DNA from: Amoebophrya sp. A120
Taxonomy: Eukaryota > Protista > Dinoflagellata
Direction of reading: 5' to 3'
Assembly (NCBI GenBank): GCA_905178155.1
Contig: CAJINV010000001.1
Span: 11,887,832-11,951,831, forward strand
DNA: 64,000 nt
The notes under the pieces were generated by a model that searched no databases, was not told the origin of the DNA, and worked only from the letters and a program-made list of their open reading frames with translations. Shown piece after piece: positions 50,028 through 61,976 of this stretch (positions within the stretch are counted from its first letter, which is position 1; every line of letters starts with the position of its first letter). The position numbers were made by a program, and so were the translations under genes.

Positions 50028-50743
50028 ACGGGGCGCGCCTGGTTTTTTGCCACACATCTTCATGATCCAAACGAAAGACATAAGCAATGTCAGTGTTGCC
50101 GCCGATGTACATAATTCTGTGAGAAGCGACACAGTTTCTGTACTAAGGCAACAACGCAGTTGTATCATGTTGGGAAAGTCATTCACTGTAGTACTGTGTA
50201 GTTGGTCAAATCGTTCATTTACCCATTCAAATGCACTACTGTTTGCGCACTTGCTAGGTTTTCGTTATTTTTCCTTGAGAAGCTGCAACGTTTCTGTCTT
50301 TTGCTGTGTTCTCGTCCAACGATACTGCGGAAACTTTTTGATTTTGGATTTTGTCTGTCGGCGTGAAAATTCAAGTAGTGGTGATCCCATAGCACGGGAA
50401 GCAGCACAAGCATCGGTTTTGGTTCATCCCCTGAGTATAAAAGATCAGTCGTTTTGCGTCCTGCTTCTGTCGGTTCTTTGAGCAGTTTCAAGACAACATC
50501 AGCATGTAGTCTATCGGATCAAGATTGGTCGCTTCATTCCCGAAAATATTTTGGATATCAATTCTTTTTTCGAACTAAATCAGTGCCCCGCCCTGCTGGA
50601 CAGAAATTGACGCACCCACCAGAATATCCCCCGAAGAATTACATATTCATACGGCATTTCAATTTTCGTAACACGCAAGGAAAGATTGGTATTTACAGCA
50701 ACATCTTACTTTACACAAATCTACAGCGAGTACACACAGCAGC

Positions 50744-51430
50744 ATGGTCTCTTTCCGGGGGAAGAAGAAGGGGCAACTGCCCAAGGTGCCGTCGCGATTG
50801 TCTGTGCGAAAACAAAATAACAAGCCTTGGCGTGGTCAGCCGCAACGGAAATCGGAACAACGGGACACAAGGGCGAGGCTGCGGGAGATGGCACGCGAGA
50901 AACTTAGCGGAAACGAAAAAGCGAGCGCGATTGCCGGAGAGCCCCTATCTCACAAGAATGTGATGAGCTACCAAAAAGTTGTTGGATGGAAACGGCTGTA
51001 CCACGCCACCTCGAAGGAACGTGCTGGGAAGATTGTTCTTCAGCAACGGCTTATTGCAGGAGAGGAGGGATCGCTGGGAGGGAACATTTATCTCTCGGAA
51101 AGTGCCGAAGAGGCCAGGCGGAGGCAGAGGGCAGTGGGGGACCACTCCAAGGCTGAAGTTCTGGAGGTCACTGTGCGGCTTGGGTGGGTTGCCGAAGTTG
51201 AAACGGATACGGTAGTCACCTCTCAGTGGCTGAAAAGATTGGGCTGCAATTCTGCCAAGGAGTACGGTGTAGATGTCTTTTGCATTCCCGACGAAAGTGG
51301 GGAGTCCGGCGTCAAGAATATACGGTTTGCTCCGGAATACAACGACGATCTGAAAAACCGGCGATCAAGCTATTACAGTGAAGGGCGCACGTCGCTTTGT
51401 TCCCGTTTTTCCAGTCGTTCGTGGTATTGA
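50744..51430 (+). CDS. Small PARP-catalytic/Gig2-like ADP-ribosyltransferase, paralog 3
   Basis: RLYHATSKERA.KI....L.AG..GSLGGNIYLSES.EEAR.RQRAVG....VLEVTVRLG; K/R-rich N-terminus. Confidence 0.78.
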   Translation: MVSFRGKKKGQLPKVPSRLSVRKQNNKPWRGQPQRKSEQRDTRARLREMAREKLSGNEKASAIAGEPLSHKNVMSYQKVVGWKRLYHATSKERAGKIVLQQRLIAGEEGSLGGNIYLSESAEEARRRQRAVGDHSKAEVLEVTVRLGWVAEVETDTVVTSQWLKRLGCNSAKEYGVDVFCIPDESGESGVKNIRFAPEYNDDLKNRRSSYYSEGRTSLCSRFSSRSWY

Positions 51431-53118
51431 CACGCATTTTTCTGTGTGATTTCATGCACTCATTTTGTTGAACATGAACTTGCGCTATTGTTAAAACCGA
51501 TGGTCGCGCACGCACTTTTTTTGACTTCTGATGCAGTTTCTTTTATTGACGCTCGAGATATGTACTTGATTTCGCTACTAGAAATGCAAACGGAAGAGCT
51601 AGGTCGATCGTGCTCGTGCAAATGTGCGATTGTCAGAACTCGCATGGATCCTCGATGTTCAGTGTAGGCACGCAACAAAATTAAAAATGAAATTGAGTGT
51701 TGATTTCGAGGAGATTGAGAAGAGTGCAGCCTTGTTGCAAATGGAATTCCGTCTTATTGTGTGAGTATGAGAGAAAAAACAATGCGAGACACCGCTCGCT
51801 GGCGCAAGCGCAGCACCGCAGCAGGTGTACTCACAGATAGAGAGTGTCGCTTATGGAAAAAAATTGTCATCTTCGAGCTACTACTGCTTATAGGTGGACC
51901 ACTTCCGCTCTGTTGTTTCTGTCTGGTTTCAAATCAAGGCAGCGTCAGAAAAATGGGCTCGAACCACAAGGGCGCGACGATTTTTCGTCGCCCAAACGAT
52001 TCGCAAAAGCCGCACACACGACCGATTTTCCCGCACGATCGGAACCAGGACGTTACTAATCCGATGCGGTGGGGCTCGGCTTACTTGAATCGTATACGAT
52101 TGTTTTTTGCAATTGTGTAGTTGCACTCTTCTTCAGGTGCGCTTTTGTCTTTGGCTTGCATCCAGTTCACTATGAAACCTCCTCAGGTACCGCAGCCGCG
52201 TGGGATAGCGGGCACTACATGGGTCCGGGGTTTGAGACCGAGTCGGGGCGCGATATGGAAATTCCGACCAACCACCGGCCGCACAGACACGCGCCCAGTG
52301 GTCAAATCCCTCTGCCGGCAAAGTTTCAGCGCTAGGTTCGGAGAAGAAAGCAGTGAGGAGCGCATCTATGTAAAAACAAGTTTTGTAAAGATTGGAACTT
52401 CATTGAAATTAAAACTCCTCTGCGACTCCAAAATGTATCGAGCTTGAAGAAATTCGTAATGTTGATTGTGGATTGAAAATGAACTATGTCCAATGAGAAC
52501 TACCGTAGCTGGGCTTTGCTTCGGCCAACCAAGAAGATAATTGCAGAGGTATTGACTTGCCAGGAACGAGATGCGAAAATTGCTCCGCTCCTTCCTAAGA
52601 TAAAAACGATCCCGATCTGATCATGAAGATCATGTTGGTTGATGATGCGTTTTCGTTTGTTCCGAATCATTTTTTCGCTCCTCGTCTCCAACTCGGATGA
52701 TAGCAAACCACCAGTCCTATCCCCATGTGGCTGCGGATGTACATGTGGCTATTCTGACACCATTTTCGTAGTTCTGATTTTCGGTTTCCGATCGAGCGCG
52801 ACCGGCTCTACGGACGAGCATGCATCATTCGCGTGATTTTTTCTGCCACACAAGTTTTTCCCCACTTACTTTCAAAAGCTAAGTTTCCCCTATGCAAGCA
52901 GAACGAATTCTAATTCTTGTGTAGGATTAGATCGATATGCAGCCAGAAGTTCCACTAAGTCAAAGCTTAAGCTTTCGATAAATGATGGCTGTGGAAGGTG
53001 TTTCCGAAAGATCTGCCGAAGCAATTTAGAAGGTGTGACTTTTTAGATTTTGTTGGACAAGATGGATCATTTCTGATTTTTTCCGTTCTGCTATCCACTG
53101 TTGGAGCTGCACTCCAAG

Positions 53119-56100
53119 ATGGCTCCGGCGAGTTCTCCGACGTCTCAGATAGACCCCGCGGAGGCGAGGCAGCGCTTCTTGAAATTTTTCCAAGCCCTGC
53201 AACTCGCCGACGGGCTTCCGCCGAATGAAGCCGCAAAAGCTGCTATTGACGCTTCTAAAACTTTGAGCAAGCCTACCCCGGCCCTGCCATCGGGGCGAAA
53301 TTTTCCCAATGCCGAGGAGCTTGTGAAAAGGTTCGCCAGTGCGGCGAGTGCGTCATCAAGGTACAACGTGAATATTGTGTCCTGCTGAACTAGAAAAACT
53401 GAAACAGCTGCCTCTGCCGGATAGGGTTGTCATTTCCCCGTGCAGCAACTCAGTGAAAAAAAAAAGTAACTGAAATTCTTACACATCAGCGACGACAAGC
53501 CTGCGCTGACCGCAGCGACCTGGGAACAATTCGCGGAATTGTGGGGCGATTTCTTCTGCGCAAACCAAATACTGCTGCCGAAGGGAAAGCCAGCGACCGA
53601 GACCGACCCTAGTGTGGATTTGGATCAGCTGCAGGCTCTGTACCAATTGATTGAGAGCGCGGAAATTCCGAAGGAACCAGACGCGATGGACGTGGATGCG
53701 GAGGGGAAGGAAAAGACCTCCCCAAGAGCCGCTTCCCCCTCGGAGATGGTGGTTCGACACCTCGGCAATCTGTGTAACGCGATCTCAAAAGAGAATGTGG
53801 CCGGGGTGCAGCGGGCGGTGGATGCGAAAAACAAATCCAGCTCCTCCTCCGCGTCTCCCAGTGGCGGACCCAGCGCCAGCAGCAGCAGCAGCGATTTGCT
53901 GCACCCCGGCGGACAGCAGGCTGGGGGATCATCAAGTTCCACTGCAGTCGGCGGGCCGGCAAGTTCACCAGTTGCAACGGGCGCGGATTCAGCGGTAGAA
54001 AATTGCATTAGCAACTCGGACTCCCCTGGTGAGTTGCGCATTTTGTTCCTGATTTTCTTCCACCCTTGCCTCCAAAATCCGGATCGAAACGAAGACTCGG
54101 CTAAGTTGCTGCGCGCCTTTCGAGGGTTGTCGGAGAAGGGAAAGGAAATTCTCGCAACGTGGCTTGCAGACTTGGATATCGCAATGCTCCGAAGCCAGCT
54201 GCAAACAATCCAACAGTATAGAAGCTTTTGTTTTTGATGACGTATTCACGTGCGATCAACGAACGAATAACACACGAGCACTATCATGTGGAAAACCACA
54301 ATTTGCTGAGTTTTGCGATTCAAATCCCTCAGGTATCTAAGCATCACTTTCCTGGACATTTACCACGAGGAGGGCGCGGACGACGAAAACGCGCCGGAGC
54401 ACGTGTGGGACATGTTTGTCGTGAAGAGTTCGCAACTGTGCAAGAACGCGCTCTCCTACATGGAGCTGATCTGGAAGGCGAACCAAATAAGGATAAAACG
54501 GCGGCGGGAGTACCGCAAAGAGGAACTCACCAAGGGCACCGCCGCCATGCTATCCCAGAGAAAAAAGCTGGCAGGGCATATTTGTAATGCAAAAATAAAT
54601 AGACAAAAAAATCTGTATTGCATGCCCTAAACAGCATGCTATGGCCTCGCCTATGACAGATTTTTCTGTGTGTTTATTTTTGCATTACAAATCTGACCTG
54701 CCAGCTTTTTTCTGTGGGATACATGCTTCGCTCCGTGTCCAAGGGCATGGGCGCGACCGGGGGGGAGGTTTTGCCCCCGGAGGAATTCCGCAACGACGCG
54801 ATGAACGACGTCGACAACGTTCTCCGCCACGACTACTACCACGCGGTGTACTTTGAGTTTTACCAAATGCAGGACGAGGACGAAGCGCTTTCCACGAAAC
54901 CGAAGCCAAAACAGGCGAAGTCACTCCACGATATCAGCGAGAAGTCGGCCCTGAACACCTACACTTTCGGGCTCCTCGAGCACAATTTCTGCCTGGACGC
55001 GAACAGCAAGTGCCGCCTGCTGATGATCTCCACCGCGGACCAACAGCGGCACGAAACCCGGCAGGAAATCTTGTCCCAAGTGATGCAGGGGCAGAGACGG
55101 GTGAATCCGTATTTTACCTTGAAAGTCCGGCGCGACAATTTGATCCAGGACACGTTGATGAAGCTGGGCGCCGCAACCCCGTCCTCGTTCCGGAAGCAGC
55201 TGAAAGTGGTGTTCGAAGGGGAGCAGGGGGTCGATGAGGGAGGCGTGCAAAAGGAGTTTTTCCAGCTGTTGCTCGACCAATTGTACGACCCGAATTACGC
55301 CATGTTCAACTACAATCCCGATAACAAGACGTACTGGTTCAACCTCGGGTCTTTCGAGAACAACCTGCAGTACGAGCTCTTTGGGACGCTGCTCGGCATC
55401 GCGATCTACAACCACGTCATTCTGGACATCAGGTTTCCCCTCGCGGTGTATCAGAAACTGCTGTCGGACGACGCAACCGGCCGGGCGAATTTTACGGTGG
55501 ACGATCTACTGGAGGTCTCGCCAGACATGGGCCGCAGTCTACTGCAGTTGCTCGAATTCGAGGGGAATGTGGAAGAGGTATTGAGGTTGTTTTTGTTGAA
55601 AAAATACATTTTTCATGCTGCACGTCGAAGGATAGGTAGCTTTGTCTTTGTGAAGGGGGCAGTGAGAGTGACGTTTGGTACATGACAGAATGATGTTACA
55701 TCACGACCGCACATCAGACCTTCTGCCGCGACTTCGTAGCGAGTTACGAAAGCTTTGGTGCGGAAATCCAAGTGCCACTGAAGGAGGGCGGCGAGTCGAT
55801 TCCGGTCACGAATGAAAACCGTGGCGAGTTTGTAAGCCTGTACGTCGACTTATCAAATGCAAAAATGTCTGGGTCTGGAAGTATGCAAGATTTGTCATGC
55901 ATGTTTCTCATGACCCATGATGCCTGTAATGCATGACCTAATATCGCAGACTTTTAGAGGGCTTCCTGATGCACCTTCCGCATGAGAAATGCCCTGTCCG
56001 TGTAGCACAGATTGCGCCCTTCTTGCTGGTCATGCAATACAAATTTTTTTCAGAGTCCAGAAACAGCATGACAAGTTGCAATCTTCCAGACCCAGACATT

Positions 56101-56795
56101 TTTGCAGTTGATGCGACTGGTTCTTTAACAAGAGCGTCTTTGACAAGTTTCGGTCCTTCAAAAAGGGTTTTCTCAGGTGTTTCCAGCCGGACGACAAGGA
56201 GAAGTCACGTGTTGTGCAGGGACGTACAGTTTTTTTTTGGTTTCGTGCTCTCTGTTTCAGTTTCTTTTCATCCGCTGCGGGGGCCTTGCGCATGATCAGA
56301 AGCCAATAACTGAATGGCCATACAAAACTTTCGATTCTCGCATGGTCACTACAACAACAAAAAAATTATTCAACAGCCTCCGGCCAGAATCTTTTCCTAT
56401 CCCTGTTCCGTGCATCGGAGCTGGAGCTGCTAATTTGCGGCAATGAGGTGCTGGATTTCGCGAGTTTGAAGAGCAACACCATCTACCAGGACGGGTTTGA
56501 GTCCGACAGTGACACGGTCGCCTGGTTTTGGGAAATTGTGTTGGACGACTTCGTGGAGGAGGAGCGCAAGTCCCTTCTCTCCTTCTGCACCGGCTCCAGC
56601 CGCGCGCCGCCGAAGGGCCTCGGCGCGCCGGAAGCGAAGCTGACGATCGGCCGGCAGGGCCCGGACTCCGAGGCGCTGCCCACTGCGCACACCTGTTTCA
56701 ATCATTTGCTCATCCCCGAGTACAGTGATAAGGAGAAGCTCCGGGCCAAGCTAAAGCTTGCCATCGCGAACAATCAGGGATTTGGGTTAATCTGA
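53119..56795 (+). CDS. HECT E3 ubiquitin ligase (UBE3A/HERC4/HECTD2-like); 4 GT-AG introns and 2 introners
   Basis: PYFTLKVRRDNLIQD, KQLKVVFEGEQGVDEGGVQKEFFQL, LLGIAIYN..ILDIRFP, IPVTNENRGEFV.LYVDW, ELELLICG, FCTGS.RAP, catalytic LPTAHTCFN.L.IP.Y, and terminal GFGLI. Confidence 0.94.
54551..54721. mobile_element. IR introner, family J (171 bp, mostly one hairpin)
   Basis: About 65-bp TIR TATCCCA[G/C]AGAAAAAAGCTGGCAGG.CA.ATTTGTAATGCAAAAATAAA...AAAATCTGT; TSD CATGC at 54546-54550 and 54722-54726; excision gives TAAMLRSVSK. Confidence 0.94.
55851..56113. mobile_element. IR introner, family B (263 bp, reverse orientation; last base A>G)
   Basis: TATCAAATGCAAAAATGTCTGGGTCTGGAAG...CTTCCAGACCCAGACATTTTTGCAGTTGATG; TSD CGACT at 55846-55850 and 56114-56118; excision restores the HECT motif LYVDWFFNKSV. 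Confidence 0.94.
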
Positions 56796-57978
56796 TCAAT
56801 GTATTCGTGGCGGAACAGGCTACACCTTGAAACAACTTTTTTGCGGAAAGTGATGATAATTAAACAGACAAGTCTCAAAACCCCTTCTAGCAGTCCCTCC
56901 CTATGCTAGCAAGATGATGATGATGGTTCATAGCAAGAAGCATTCGACACACTTTATGCAACCTTCCGGAATTCACATCCAAAAAGAAGAGATAGTATGT
57001 TTCTTTTGGAGTGTGAAAATCCGAGTTCTCGATTCAGTCAATCTCCTGATGAATTTTTCAAAAGCAATACAAGACAGAGAGTTAGAAGCGACATTCGTGG
57101 AACAGACACAGGAGTAGCCAAGTATCGCCATTTCGAACCAACGACAGTGTAGTTTGTGTTCCTCGCTAAAGAGCCACGACGTGAAGCAACGTTGTATAAA
57201 TACACCAAGCGCGTGAGTATGAATTCAGCTTTCGGAACATGCACTGCCTGAGAATCTCGGTCTTCGATGAGTCCGTATGAGAGATGCACTGCAGCCTTTT
57301 GGAATTTCGGTCCTTCTACTTTCTTCGTCCACATACAGAAACTTCTATTTTTTCGTACAACGCCAACCAGTCCAAGAGACGATATTTCGTTCCGTAGTTT
57401 TTTCAAACGCGCACGTCCTCGTCATCTTTTGATTCTTTTCATGTACAACTGTAACCCGTGCTTATGTATAACACGAACCACTTGATGCTTTCGCACCAAT
57501 TCACATCAACAGGGCAAACCCGTGCTTTAGGACCCCCTACTCTATTTATCCTAGATTAGGTGTGGTTCCCCCGGCCAATACTTAGTGTTGTGACCTTTCC
57601 AACGGAGGTGTGGAGGAAGAACACTATTTAGTTAAATGCTTTTGTGCAGCTGTAGTCTTGCATTTTTTTACCATAAAAAACTGTGAACTCTCGCAATAAT
57701 CCTCGCTCGATTCATGTTTTTTTTGTGACGTCTCTAGTATCAGGAGGAGCTACTTCTTTACTCTGTGTATGACTTTGATACAGAACGGAAGGCGGAAAGA
57801 ATTCAATCATTGACAGACTCCAAAAATTCAAAAATCACAACATAGGTGTAGTTATACGAAAAAATAAACAGTGATCGCCTATTTTTTGTTCGACGACTTG
57901 TGTCGAATTTAAACTGCTTGGATATTGGGTCAACACAATATTTGGTAGTATTACCTGAGTCTTGTGAACATCATCATC

Positions 57979-60900
57979 ATGACGGCGGTGATGCCAGCCA
58001 ACACGCAGTCGCCCCTGCGGGTTTTGCACGTTGCGGGAAGCGGCTGTGATGACTTTTACTTCAAGGTATAAAATTCAGCTGGTGCAAAAAATATCATCAT
58101 CTCTTTTTCATCCATGATTGAAGAACAATGAAAATCCTTACGCTCCCATACACCAGCTTACAGCAAAGAGAAAATCACAGTCATTTGTCACTCTTCCAAA
58201 AATTTTTTCTTCTCAGGTTTCCTTGTTGTACTCCAAGGCAGCTTGGGTGTTCCCGAAGGAACAGGTGACCGCGTACTACGCGATCGGGTGCCCCGACGGG
58301 TCCTGGTTTCTCTTCGAGAATGACGTTTCCAACATCGAGGTGGAGGATTTCGCCTGCTACCTGAAGGAGCACAACCAAACACAGCACGACAAGCGTTTGT
58401 CCAAGACGGACACCCGCGCCAAGTCGCGGAGCAGTAGCGTGATCTCGACCACCGGCTATTATAATGAAAAATGCCCCCACCCCGGAATCTGCAGAAGTTT
58501 CTCATGCAAAGTTTCCAAATGAATGCTTTAGCTTTTTGCCTTGCATGAAAGGACTACGAGCCTTTCTGATGCATAATCTAGGTGCGTTAGGTGTCTTTTG
58601 CATAAGAGATCCGACTGCGGTTGGGCTCCTTCGCAACACAAATCTGAGCGATTCAGCATGGAAAATTTGTGATGCCGATATATGCAAGACGGGAAATGTT
58701 TCTATTGGAAAGGTTTGCAATACAAATGCTGCCAAGTTCTGGAGTGGGGGCATTTTTCATTGCAATACCGGCAGCGAAGCGTGCAGCACCACTTGTACAT
58801 CTAGCCCGAGCGTGGTTTCGTCCGACTTAACCCCGCACCAACAAGAACAAGCGAAGAACGTTTTAATCCAGAAAAAAGCGAACACGAAGGATTTGCTGAA
58901 GACGAAGAAGAACCTGATCCTCGCGGTCGGGTCGCTCGGGGAGTTACTCGCGTTTCTCTCTACCGCCAAGCAGACCCAGAATTTAGATGTCGTCGTCCCG
59001 CACATGTTTGACTTTCCCGGCATGACCAGTTACCGCGCGCTGTTTGAGGATATGCTCGGGATCTCCGTCTGCGGGCCGGACAACGTGCACAACGTGGTCG
59101 CGCAGGACAAGGCGTTGACGCGGTCCGTTTTGCAGGAGGTTCCGGGCGTGAAGATCCCGAAGGGGCAGACGTTACGGATCGTGGAAAACACGAATGTTGA
59201 GATGAAAAACCTCTCCCCGGTGGAGCAAGCCGTGAAACAGCAGCTCCACATGCAGCCCCCGTTCGTCGTGAAGCCGGCGCGGGAGGACAACAGCCGGGGT
59301 GTCGGGCTGGTGAAGAAAAATGACTCGTACGAAGCGATGCTGGCGAAAATCGAGATCGCCTTCTCCTACGGCGACACGGTGGTGGTCGAAGAGTTCATCC
59401 CCGGGCGCGAGATGCGGGTCGGGGTGATCCAGGAGATGGCCAAGAACGACTTGAACGAGGACGAAATCGTGACCAAGCCCATCCCGGGGATGGTCGAGTA
59501 TTTCATGATGAACCCCGACATGCCGATCCGAACGGAGACGGACAAACTCACCTCGACGGACAGCAACAATAACGATAATGAGGAGAAAGAAAAAAAGCCG
59601 TCGACAAACAACTTTGTCCAGACGAAATGCGCGCGGACCTTCACTCCCGAAGTCTCCCCCGAGTTGCGCGCGAATTTGGAAAGGCAAACGGCCCTGGCCT
59701 TCCAGGCCCTGGCCGGCCGCGACTACGGGTTGTTTGACTACCGTGTGCATGAAGAAACCGGGGAGGCGTACATCATTGAGTGCTGCTCGTTCTGGAGCTT
59801 CTCGCCGATCTCCGCGATTTCTCTCCTGTTGGAAAACTCCTACGGGCCGAACAGTTTTCAGCAGGCCGTCATGAATGTGTGGCAGCTGTGCGCGATCAGA
59901 ACGCAGGAGATGCGGAAAAACGACTTGGAGGTCGAGGAAGTCTTCGAGGCCCAGAAGGAGCGGTCGAAAAACAGCTCCTCTGAGATTGACGAGGAAATGG
60001 AGGTCGAGCAGATGCTGTTGAGCCCGGATAATTCTGGTTCGGGTTCGACTGAGTTGAGCTCAAACTGCTTGCGGGCCCGCTTCACGCCGCTAGTTGCCGA
60101 CGATGAGAACGATTGCGTCTTCAAAACGAGCACCAGTGGAAACCTGCACGACCATTCTCCCGTGATCCGCTTCAATATCAACAAGAAGCTGGAGCTGCCG
60201 GAGCTGCCCTGCGACATCACGAGCCGCGAGAACACGCGGACGGGTGACGTGCAGCAGCTCGCCAACACGATTGCGGCCGTGAATTTCGGTGCGAATTTCT
60301 TGAGGAGTGTGTGCACCGAGGAGGTAGTACTGGACCGGCTGCGGTGCTTCGTGCACATCATGCTGCTGCTGTTCCTCTTGCCGGTATCCTTTTTGTACGC
60401 GGTGTACAATTATTGCCTGGTTTCCTTCGACGAAAATTCCGCGCAACACCTTTCCTTCCGCAAAATGAAGAAGCTGATGGCCCGGAGCGTGCGGAACAAG
60501 CAGGACGGGGAGAAAATCACGATTTTGGTGACCGGGGGGAAGATGAGCAAAGCGTTGCACCTCGCCCGGTGCCTGAAGCGGGCGGACCCGAAGAAGATCA
60601 GCATCGTTCTCGTGGAAACGAAGAAGTACTGGGTCTCTGGCGCGCGGTTTAGCAACGTGGTCGACCACTTCGAATCCGTCGCCGATCCGGTCCGGGAAGA
60701 CGCCGAGCAGTACCAACGGGACCTGCTTGCGTTGTGCGTGAAGTACAATGTGCGGTTCTTTGTGCCCGTCAGCAGCCCGGTGTCTTCGGTGCATGATGCG
60801 AGATTCGGGGAGACCTTCCGGCAGTCAACCCACCAATACAGCTGCAACGCCCATTTGTGGAACAATTCCGACAAGAACCACGCGTGCCTGGACCACAATT

Positions 60901-61976
60901 CGTGGTCGCAACTGTTGCTGCACCAGAACCAGGCGGTGTGCCTGCGCCCGGAGCTGTGCGAGCAACTGGACAACAAACACACTTTTGCCGAGTTCTGCAA
61001 CAAAAACAAGCTTCCCGGGATTCTGCAGTCCTTCATGGTGAAGTCTGACGACGAGGTCTTGCGGTTAAACGACAAGTTGCTTTTGGAGAAAGAACAGAAT
61101 ACCAGCAGCAACAAGACCTACGTGCTGAAAAACCTGACCTACGACCCCATTCACCGCTTGGACTTGTTTCAGCTGCCCTGCAGCGACCAGGAGATGCTGG
61201 AGGACTATTTGGAGAAGGTCCGCGACGACGGCAACGCGATTAGTGCCACGGAACCCTGGCAGGTGCAGGAGTTCGTCGCAGACGGTGCCGAGTACTCCGC
61301 CGCCTTACTCGTCCGTGGCGGCGAGTGCAAGATGCTTACGGTTTGTGAATCTTCCGCATCGCAGTTGAACTACGCGCATGTCCACGTACCGGAGATCGAG
61401 GACTGGGTCTACGAGTTCTCAGCGAAACTCGGCGCGGATTGCTGCGCGCTGATCTGCATGGACTTCATCTTGGCGAAGGCTTCAACTACATCGGGGAAGA
61501 GTAGAACGGTGCATCCGCTGGAATGCAACCCGAGGCTGCATTCCCAGTGCTCCGTGTTCAGTACCTACAAGATGCAGAAGCAGTTGGGTCAGGCTGTGTT
61601 GGGCATTGTGCCGAAGCAGGCAAATAGCAGTCCGAAGAATTCTCCTGTGTGTGGGGGAAAACCGAAGCAGGTGCTGCAGCCCGACGAGCACTGCCGCCAG
61701 CTGTTTTTCCTCGCGAACGAGGTGTTGAAGGTGATTCCGGTTTGTGTGCAGACCAGCATGGGGCTGCGGTACGGAAACAGCACGTCTCTGACCGACTTCG
61801 TGCACCGGATGTGCACGGAGCAGGACGCGGACTGGGACCCGGCCGATCCGCTGCCCATGCTGTTCCGCAACCACTTTCAGCTCCCGCTGTTGCTCTTCTC
61901 GACGCTGTTGAGCACGCGAGCGTGGAAGAAGTGCGACTTCTGCATCGGCAAGGTGGTCGAGACCGGCGGGGATTAA
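57979..61976 (+). CDS. MysD (D-Ala-D-Ala-ligase-like) - MysC (ATP-grasp) fusion for mycosporine-like amino acid biosynthesis, about 1176 aa; exons 57979-58065, 58217-58456, 58773-61976
   Basis: N-terminal half: LRVLHVAGS..DDFY..VS.LY, PDGSW, DVVVPHMFDFPGMTSYRALF, VVKPAREDNSRGV.LV, EEFIPGRE.R, PIR...DKL, YGLFDYRV, SFSP.S (MysD pattern). C-terminal half: TM segment, then ILVTGGKMSKALHLAR, LVETKKYW.SG.RFSN.V, PVSSPV, YD..HRLDL..LPC, PW.VQEF, CESSASQLNY, ECNPRLHS, DPLP....HFQLPLLL, DFCIGKVVETGGD (MysC pattern). Confidence 0.9.
58457..58767. mobile_element. IR introner, family A (311 bp, opposite orientation to 1339)
   Basis: TATTATAATGAAAAATGCCCCCAC / GTGGGGGCATTTTTCATTGCAATA; TSD CCGGC at 58452-58456 and 58768-58772; interior is the reverse complement homolog of 1339-1643; excision gives ISTTGSEACS. 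Confidence 0.94.

Noticed and set aside
57038-57406. Short intergenic minus-strand ORFs (57038-57406, 36329-36523, 31814-32002, 62593-62778)
   Set aside because: Short, with no recognisable motifs, and opposite to the uniform gene orientation; unsupported without expression data.
58773-59900. Peptidoglycan D-Ala-D-Ala ligase or bacterial contaminant
   Set aside because: Motifs fit the MysD subfamily, the domain is fused to MysC, and the gene contains a spliceosomal intron and an introner.
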